Of a stretch of 62,635 bases of DNA, positions 57,601 to 62,635 are shown piece by piece. Every line of letters begins with the position of its first letter. Position 1 is the first letter of the stretch. This DNA comes from an uncultured virus (IMG/VR IMGVR_UViG_3300024255_000007) (Duplodnaviria; Heunggongvirae; Uroviricota; Caudoviricetes). The notes under the pieces are model-generated. The model made no database searches. It was not told the origin of the DNA and worked only from the letters and a program-made list of their open reading frames with translations. A program made the position numbers and the translations under genes. The stretch lies in the IMG/VR virus record IMGVR_UViG_3300024255_000007; one strand, written 5' to 3'.

Positions 57601-60412
57601 TTCATACGGTAAATTTGGTTCTGTAGCAGAAGGTGTTGATCCAGAAGAAACTGCAACATCAGCTGTTGTTGACAATCTTACACAGTATAACGCTACTGTA
57701 GGATTAGTTAACACAGATGCTAACCAAATACTTAACATAGAATTTACACATGCAGGTAATGATTATACTGAAGCTGAACTTGAAATATTCGGCGGCGGTT
57801 CAAACGAAGTTGTAATTACAGACGAATTTAGAGACTTAGGCGTATTTGAAGGTAGAATCATTCCTAGTGAAACTGAAGGTGTTACAACAGGTGGTGCTGG
57901 TTATACAACAGTGTCAAACGTTGCACAGTCAGGAAGCTTAACAGGAATATTTATATCAGCAACAGATGGTAATTTAAGTTCAGCATACCCTGGAACTAGA
58001 ATACAGCTTGTAGGTGGTGCAGGTAATGGACAGTATGCTATTATTCAAACATACGATGCTGGTACTAAAGAAGTAACAGTTACTGAATGGAATCATGTTG
58101 TTCCTGGAACACCTATTGTTGCTCCAAATGCTACAACAACATATCAAATTGAACCAGCAGTAGCATTTAGTGCTCCGACAAATACTGCAACACAAGCAAC
58201 TATAACTTCAAATACTTATACTGATGCAACATATGTTACTACATCGGCGCAATATACTAATGTAGTAACATTAACAGAATCTGATGGTCTTGGAGCAACA
58301 TTTGATGTAACACGTAATGGTGAAAAGTACTATGTAACTCTTAACCAAGGTGGTGCAGGCTACGGAAGACTAAATCATTGTGAAATACCAGGTACGTCAT
58401 TAGGTGGTGCAACTCCATTAAATGATCTAGTAATTACAATTACTACTGTTGATGTAAACGGAGCTGTTGTAGACTTTGACTTTAGCGGCTACGGACAAAA
58501 AGGAGTATTTGTTGCGATACCAGATGCTAATATCGGCGGCGCATATAGTGTTGACGGTGTTACGTGGGTTTCAAATTCATTACCAGATGCTGGAGCAAGT
58601 AACTCTTGGGATAATATTACAAGTGGACTAATAGATGACGGATCGTCAACATTTAAACAAAGTGTTGCTATAGCAATATCCGAAGGCGGCCCTGCTGCAT
58701 ATAGTTTAGATGGTGTAGCATGGACTAGTGTTACGTTACCAGGTACATTTGCAACAGCAGGTGCATCAATGGTTGCATTTGGACAAGTTGCAGAAAGCCT
58801 TGGTAGATTTATTGCAATTAGTGGTAATGATACTGACGTTGTGTATAGTGACAACGGCGGCGTTACTTGGTCAACTACAGGCACAGTTCTTACTGGTACA
58901 AACTATTCTGCACTAGCAAATGGAGCAGGAAAATTTGTAGCTCTTAGAAGCGGTACAACAGATACAATGTACTCTGCGGACGGATTAGTTTGGAGTGCAG
59001 GTACCGGATTGCCAAGCGCACCGTGGATAGACATATCGTGGGGTAATGGTAGATTTATTGCTATTGCTACAGACGGAACAGCAGCATACAGTTTAGACGG
59101 TGTATCTTGGACACAACAAGATTTACCAACTGGTACATATAGTAAAATTGCTTACGGACAAGGAATGTTTGCTGTTACTAGTAACTCTAATGAACTAACA
59201 TATTCTGAATATGGGCTAACATGGGCAACTGAAGGCGGCGCAGGCTTTAACTTTAGTGCAGGCGGTGCAATTGCATTTGGTAACCCAGATAAGACACCAA
59301 AATTTGTAGCAATAGGTTCTGGCATTACTGCTGATGTAATGAATGTTAGATTAGGAGTTCAAGCAAGAGGTCGTGCAAGTACTTCAAATGAGCAAGTATT
59401 TGCTATTAGACTAGAAGAGCCAGGCTCAAACTATACAAGTACTCCAACAATTACTGTAACTGATCCTAACAATACTGAAGATGTAAACATACAAGTACGT
59501 GTAGGAACTGGACTACTTGCTAATCCTACTTTTGCAAATAGAGGAACAGGATTTATTACAGCAACATCAGATGTAAATGAAAATGCATCTAATGGATCTG
59601 CAGACTTCTTCCAATCAGGAGCATTTGTAGCTGTTAAGAGACTAAGTTCAAGACCAGTAGCAGGTTCTAATATTGAATTTACAAGTTTGCCTGGAAGAGT
59701 ATTTAAACTTGTTAATACTGTTAGCTTTAGAGGAACTAACGAAGGTAGCTTTACTGGATTCTTACAAGTTTCGCCAACATTAGAAATTGACGAAGCACCA
59801 GCTGAAGGTACTGAATTAGAACTAAGAATTAGATTTAGTCAGGTACGATTAACAGGACATGACTTCTTAGATATCGGAACAGGTAACTTTGCTGATTCAA
59901 ACTATCCAAATGAAGTAAATGGTCCGCCGGTTAACTTGCCAGATCAAAATAAAGAAACTACTGATAGTGCAGGTGGACGAGTATTCTTCACAGCAACTGA
60001 CCAAGATGGTAACTTTAGAGTTGGCGACTTGTTTAGTATTGAACAGGCAACAGGTGTTGCTACACTTGATGCTGAAGCATTTAATATTGCTGGTCTACAA
60101 GAACTATCACTAGGAACAGTTACACTAGGCGGTAACTCAGCTTCAATTACTGAATTTAGTACAGATCCATTCTTTACTGCAAATAGCGATAGTGTTGTAC
60201 CAACACAGCGAGCAGTTAAAGCATATATCGAAGCACAAATTGGTGGCGGTGGTGCGTCACTTAATGTTAACAGTGTTACAGCTGGTGACATATTCATAAA
60301 TACCAACCAAATAACCACTGTGAGTGGAGAACTAATAAATATCAATGCAAACGTAAACTTTACAAAATCTGTAACAGGTATACCTTTAGCATTGAACTAT
60401 ATGTTGAGATAA
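51689..60412 (+). CDS. Giant virion appendage protein, expanded paralogue of 46184
   Basis: 2907 aa; same MAEFK start, shared 'SNDFTQV.SDGIGA...GRAELVSVFTYY' and 'TGHDFLDIGTGNF' blocks, plus ~1100 aa of inserted domains and repeats. Confidence 0.8.
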   Translation: MAEFKLGRIRFVWKGDWTTGTVYYKDDVIAFGGKAYICVEGHSSDANFFTDLDVVPTKWNLVSDGQTWKGDWSNGTSYVYNDIVKYGARLYICDAIHTSTTQSDSETYVITVADDPNVSNGVFYIDGVAAPDIQMVRGNTYIWQQNSATNLFAGAGVARHPMVISTTKDGTHNSGAIYTDGVTYFLDAVEVVDAAAYDAGFAAATTREMRITVPDDAPDTLHYFCYQHAGMSSNASAEIISLGLETDLANWNVFADGLDWKGEWHEDFHYRLSDFVKYGSASFVCIDPHQSTGIGTGLGLENDLIKWDAFNQSIRYQNEWLTSRKYLVNDVVKYGASLWIATSYHTSAAAFTDDSANWEKFVEGFQFENEWAYNGVYQPGDIVRYGGNQYISKTDNENDRPTVVPASWDLFTEGFKFIGDWGADSSQYEYQVGNVVRHGGYTYRCIADHQNQIPPNEVYWTRLNYGFEWRGEWRDDAQYYEGDVVRYGDNSYVCILGHISEGDDYSSLSSGAEGSRPDLADSGQFWSALAIGSESSVLTTKGDLVYYSGSAPTRLPVGRDGQVLTVSSTGIPEWAFIGSTADVYYVAEHGLDLPAPIYGTTIDKPYKTIKYAAQQVEQGARNPDAAQLLELNRRFIQREIVEWTQYQITNNLAPFTTAFDYKTEKCERDMGLIVDALIWDITHGGNVRSREAALSYVNDTVGSPYLTQKAETNASINYGITLIENILDQTAPAVNYQTTNGDNSTRVSVQFTNELLRTESVYADIQGLAKIITDAITAGVATNIPERLIRNTLIKVSTGKYYEVLPIVVPAECCIIGDELRSTNVQPRTTINSTLTDKKDISYSYQAIKRIEAIVGDVVIGSAVTPTTGNTTTQDVTWPYAETTPVATETKRLARNIADRVAIGTGIKENAILPKPHELGVPEYGYAIELNASNKEFIQEEIIAYIADQYPNLEYGKTKCKQDVGFIIDAVAYDLVYGGNWQTYNATKSYYDGSGNVNKITGLITNGDFATTTDWTITNGAFAITGNELVAAGGTAGTALQTVYTTPGQEYTVNVSVTHTADGASVFARNPNSDTALATAIDLTSTSSVSYTFTATALQTEIIFETDAAGIVDIDDVSIDTPQKLATIASYGYLRDLLQTVGRDITVTPTYQTGVTQISGKPGNATVSNAIAALFNNTVIPAVTNGISAASITYPSVAGASVGLQSDSTNLVAALPVIQEKTIDFINANFGSFKYNSAKCRRDLTNIITDTAYDIALGTNYNATFNGIAYQRPNNAYNLQNQRVETVGAIRNARDQYRVLLGSGNDLTRLNTAYNEIVDIIQNGSLGTAMPGDGTVNALVLPSPTGVDQNKVDAKDNLQANIAFMKDDVIAYIAQNYGSLVYDSTKCARDVEYIVNAASYDILYGGNQATSRICESYFVNGTIQVDGQTTETAAAYNHLASIMSDIVQETSVTAQTGNTTLQTTLGTPASATEGSAVQALVETVSDVIDGTTTLSAVLGAVSYPSVTWADAEFTTAKTTIDNSRSDVILNVIQFITNTYNDFKYDHAKCSRDLGLIIDAARYDWMLGTNYASVNAGLSYLRRTSNKVTGPQKTATIAANQFALGLAVAEISEATAITGINETWDLVQDTIWAGSNEGGNRQTDDIEVYNAVRQLEVNKEFIVDEAIAYVNDYFRSTVTDTTVTIGGASGGVDLYTLTVADTGWLKVGMEIAFENPNNILTNTNFFLNNKFYVADVFSATEFAVSNTVGGVYVQVDGTNNQFIVKTAYTYNRAICARDIKEYINAMKWDLVWGQEWKRTYTNDVVVYRPAAYKTRLAARYYVNAMIGSQEEDFYYLRNGTGLRLQTMQGLNGDLGASNIYGTRRPTAGAYASLDPGWGPDDKRVWITARSPYVQNCTTFGFGATGQRIDGALHNGGNDSIVSNDFTQVISDGIGAHILNNGRAELVSVFTYYSHMGYLAESGGRVRATNGNNSYGKFGSVAEGVDPEETATSAVVDNLTQYNATVGLVNTDANQILNIEFTHAGNDYTEAELEIFGGGSNEVVITDEFRDLGVFEGRIIPSETEGVTTGGAGYTTVSNVAQSGSLTGIFISATDGNLSSAYPGTRIQLVGGAGNGQYAIIQTYDAGTKEVTVTEWNHVVPGTPIVAPNATTTYQIEPAVAFSAPTNTATQATITSNTYTDATYVTTSAQYTNVVTLTESDGLGATFDVTRNGEKYYVTLNQGGAGYGRLNHCEIPGTSLGGATPLNDLVITITTVDVNGAVVDFDFSGYGQKGVFVAIPDANIGGAYSVDGVTWVSNSLPDAGASNSWDNITSGLIDDGSSTFKQSVAIAISEGGPAAYSLDGVAWTSVTLPGTFATAGASMVAFGQVAESLGRFIAISGNDTDVVYSDNGGVTWSTTGTVLTGTNYSALANGAGKFVALRSGTTDTMYSADGLVWSAGTGLPSAPWIDISWGNGRFIAIATDGTAAYSLDGVSWTQQDLPTGTYSKIAYGQGMFAVTSNSNELTYSEYGLTWATEGGAGFNFSAGGAIAFGNPDKTPKFVAIGSGITADVMNVRLGVQARGRASTSNEQVFAIRLEEPGSNYTSTPTITVTDPNNTEDVNIQVRVGTGLLANPTFANRGTGFITATSDVNENASNGSADFFQSGAFVAVKRLSSRPVAGSNIEFTSLPGRVFKLVNTVSFRGTNEGSFTGFLQVSPTLEIDEAPAEGTELELRIRFSQVRLTGHDFLDIGTGNFADSNYPNEVNGPPVNLPDQNKETTDSAGGRVFFTATDQDGNFRVGDLFSIEQATGVATLDAEAFNIAGLQELSLGTVTLGGNSASITEFSTDPFFTANSDSVVPTQRAVKAYIEAQIGGGGASLNVNSVTAGDIFINTNQITTVSGELININANVNFTKSVTGIPLALNYMLR

Positions 60413-60424
60413 TAGGAGAAAGAC

Positions 60425-60745
60425 ATGGCAACCGGAGTTTTAGGAAGAGCAGACTTAGCCGCTGCAACAGACACAGCAGTATACACTGTTCCAGCTGATA
60501 CTTTTAGTGTTATAACAGTTAATGTTGCAAATCGTAACGGTCAAGATAGAGCAGTAAGAATTGCAATATCTGATGGCGCAGTACCAGCATTAGCTGATTT
60601 CATTGAATATGACACTGCATTAATTGGTAACGGTGTACTAGAACGTGGCGGAATAGTTGTAGATGCAAACAAAGTTATTGTTATAAGAAGCAATAGCACT
60701 GATGTATCAGCAGTTATTTACGGCATAGAAACACCAACAGTATAA
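60425..60745 (+). CDS. Small beta-rich structural protein
   Basis: 106 aa; 'YTVPADTFSVITVNVANR...IEYD......GVLER.GIV'; paralogue of 34991 and 45412. Confidence 0.75.
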   Translation: MATGVLGRADLAAATDTAVYTVPADTFSVITVNVANRNGQDRAVRIAISDGAVPALADFIEYDTALIGNGVLERGGIVVDANKVIVIRSNSTDVSAVIYGIETPTV

Positions 60746-60754
60746 GGAGTAGAT

Positions 60755-61642
60755 ATGCGTAGAATTACAACAGGTATTCAAGGTGGACCGATATTAGGTA
60801 CACTTACTGCCGAAGAAAATACTCTAAAATCTATCGAAACTAATATCGATATTATTTTAGATGCAAACGGATCAGGTATTACAAAATGTAATAGCCATTT
60901 GCAACTTAATGCCCAAGGCGAACTTCGACTTGGTGATGCTGATACTAGTGCATACGTTGGCATTAAAGCACCAAATGATGTTACATCGTATACTTTAACT
61001 ATGCCAGCAGCAGCACCAGCAGCAAACGGCTATGCAATGCTAGTAGACACTGGTGGCACTGTAAGCTTCGGAGACTTTAGTATAGAAGCAAATAATAATA
61101 CTACGTCAACAGGCGCATATTATGTCGCCTTAATGGATGATGCTGATGCTGACGATGGAAGTATTAATTCACTAACATATAGTAATGATAAAATAGAATT
61201 TACACCAAGTTCAGGCACATTAAATGTTAATAATATATCTGTAACTGGTATAAGTGCAACAGGAACAAGTACACTTACAACTGTTGATATAAATGCTGGT
61301 AATATAGACGGAACTACTATTGGTAGTGCAAGTGCCGCTAACGGAACATTTGCAACCTTAGTTGCTTCAACTATTACAGAGACTTCGAGTATAACACTCA
61401 AAGAGAATGTTAATCCAATTAATAATGCATTAGACGCTATCATGCAACTTGCAGGTGTAACGTACGATCGTAAAGATGGTTCAAGTAAAATGGAAGCTGG
61501 TCTAATTAAAGAAGACGTTGAAAAGATTTTACCTAATGTAGTACAAGGAAATGGTATCCAGTATACAAAGCTAACGGCTTATTTGATTGAAGCTGTTAAA
61601 ACTCTTACTAAAGAGGTAGAAGAATTAAAAACTCGAGGGTAA
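60755..61642 (+). CDS. Tail fibre protein with C-terminal intramolecular chaperone (peptidase S74-like)
   Basis: C-terminus 'SSITLKENV.PI.NALD.I.QL.GV.Y......AGLI.EDVEKILPNVV...I.Y.KL...LIEAVK.L..EVEELK'. Confidence 0.8.
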   Translation: MRRITTGIQGGPILGTLTAEENTLKSIETNIDIILDANGSGITKCNSHLQLNAQGELRLGDADTSAYVGIKAPNDVTSYTLTMPAAAPAANGYAMLVDTGGTVSFGDFSIEANNNTTSTGAYYVALMDDADADDGSINSLTYSNDKIEFTPSSGTLNVNNISVTGISATGTSTLTTVDINAGNIDGTTIGSASAANGTFATLVASTITETSSITLKENVNPINNALDAIMQLAGVTYDRKDGSSKMEAGLIKEDVEKILPNVVQGNGIQYTKLTAYLIEAVKTLTKEVEELKTRG

Positions 61643-61650
61643 TAATCTAA

Positions 61651-62550
61651 ATGGCAACACTTAAAAATACAATTATTGATGATACAGCTTCAATGAAAAT
61701 ACCAGTAGGAACTACAGGTCAGCGTCCAACTAATCCAGTAAACGGCGACTGTAGGTATAATACTGATCTTGGATATGTAGAATTTTATTACAGAGGATTT
61801 TGGGTAGATGCTAGAACTAATACCGGAGGTATTACTGGTCCAAATCTAGAATTAGTACTAGACGTAGGTAGTTCAGCAAGCTTTACAAGTGGCGGTACAA
61901 ATTGGCTTGATATAAGTGGCAACGACAGACACTTTGTTTGGTCAACTGCAAGAACTATCGGATACGACACAACACACGAACATAATAGCCCGGGTATTCC
62001 ATATATCGAAACAAATGGCGTACGAGCAGAAGGCCCGGCGTCAAATAGTTTTAACATTGATAATAACAGCGGCTATACAGTTTTTATGGTATTTAGACAA
62101 AATAGTCCAAACTCAAGTGGAGCGTTTAGATGGGAAGGTGGCACTGGAGTTACATCATCACCAGGACGAGGAATATTTGCTCACTGTAGTTGGTCAAATA
62201 ATCAAATATATTTTGATCAAGGCGGGTGTTGTGATGCAGACGAAAGAATAGACACTAACTCATCTCCCTACGGAGAACCAATAATGACTCGTTGGAATGT
62301 AATTGCATTTAGGTCTTTAAAAAATAAACAAGCAAGAAGTATTTGGAAAAATGGTATTAATCTTGTAGAAACTGGTACTACTGCTAAAAACATTGATTTA
62401 AACGGAACAGCAGCGCAAGTAGGCAATTGTAGAGAATATGCAAATACATGGGATGCCAAGTTAGCATTTTTTGCAATATATAGTACTGGACTCGATGATG
62501 ATGATATGGTAAGAAATACAGTCGCACTTAGAAACAAGTTTGGGATATAA
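61651..62550 (+). CDS. Fibre-tip / receptor-binding-like protein with LamG (concanavalin-A-like) domain
   Basis: N-terminal 'PVGTTGQRP....GD.RYN' joint, then 'L.LVLD......GG.NW.DISGN..H' and a LamG-type C-terminus. Confidence 0.7.
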   Translation: MATLKNTIIDDTASMKIPVGTTGQRPTNPVNGDCRYNTDLGYVEFYYRGFWVDARTNTGGITGPNLELVLDVGSSASFTSGGTNWLDISGNDRHFVWSTARTIGYDTTHEHNSPGIPYIETNGVRAEGPASNSFNIDNNSGYTVFMVFRQNSPNSSGAFRWEGGTGVTSSPGRGIFAHCSWSNNQIYFDQGGCCDADERIDTNSSPYGEPIMTRWNVIAFRSLKNKQARSIWKNGINLVETGTTAKNIDLNGTAAQVGNCREYANTWDAKLAFFAIYSTGLDDDDMVRNTVALRNKFGI

Positions 62551-62553
62551 AAC

Positions 62554-62635
62554 ATGGCAAATTTAAAAGCAACAACTATTAATGACACAGGCTACTTACG
62601 ATTACCGATAGGTAATGATGCTGAACGCCCGGCTG
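62554..62635 (+). CDS. Partial ORF, paralogue of 61651 (runs off the right edge)
   Basis: MANLKATTINDTGYLRLPIGNDAERPA..., compared with MATLKNTIIDDTASMKIPVGTTGQRP. Confidence 0.75.
   Translation, partial: MANLKATTINDTGYLRLPIGNDAERPA

Noticed and set aside
61651..62550. Diversity-generating retroelement target
   Set aside because: No reverse transcriptase and no template/variable repeat pair differing at adenines was seen in this window.
36111..62588. Many 60-150-aa minus-strand ORFs in the fibre region
   Set aside because: Mirror-frame artefacts of Thr/Asn/Asp-rich genes; no expression signals.
1..62635. Stop-codon reassignment or tRNA genes
   Set aside because: Core genes are intact in code 11, with TAA, TGA and TAG all used as stops. 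No cloverleaf with a TTC T-loop was found in the intergenic gaps.

Overview
A 62.6-kb, AT-rich piece of a large T4-superfamily-like myovirus genome (standard genetic code). It covers most of the virion morphogenesis region. From left to right: (1) a minus-strand baseplate operon (giant wedge protein running off the left edge, gp6-, gp25-, gp5-, hub-, gp53- and gp48/54-like genes); (2) a sigma70-driven block with the late sigma factor (gp55-like), the gp47/gp46 Mre11-Rad50-like nuclease and a small GIY-YIG nuclease; (3) a ~600-bp, heavily base-paired non-coding tract; (4) a gp26-like tail chaperone, tape measure, portal, protease, scaffolds and major capsid protein; (5) ~29 kb of paralogous giant fibre/appendage genes. 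Best unexplained signals: a -1 frameshift cassette (T_TTT_TTC plus a 14-bp stem) that extends the gp26-like chaperone into a start-less ORF; two ORF-free structured RNA candidates, each with its own sigma70 promoter (after the GIY-YIG gene and after the capsid gene); six phycobiliprotein-like 'CxRD' repeats and a cupredoxin-like insert in a 2907-aa virion protein; and a glycosyltransferase-like gene inside the head operon. All protein calls come from motif recognition and gene order, not database searches. The host is unknown.
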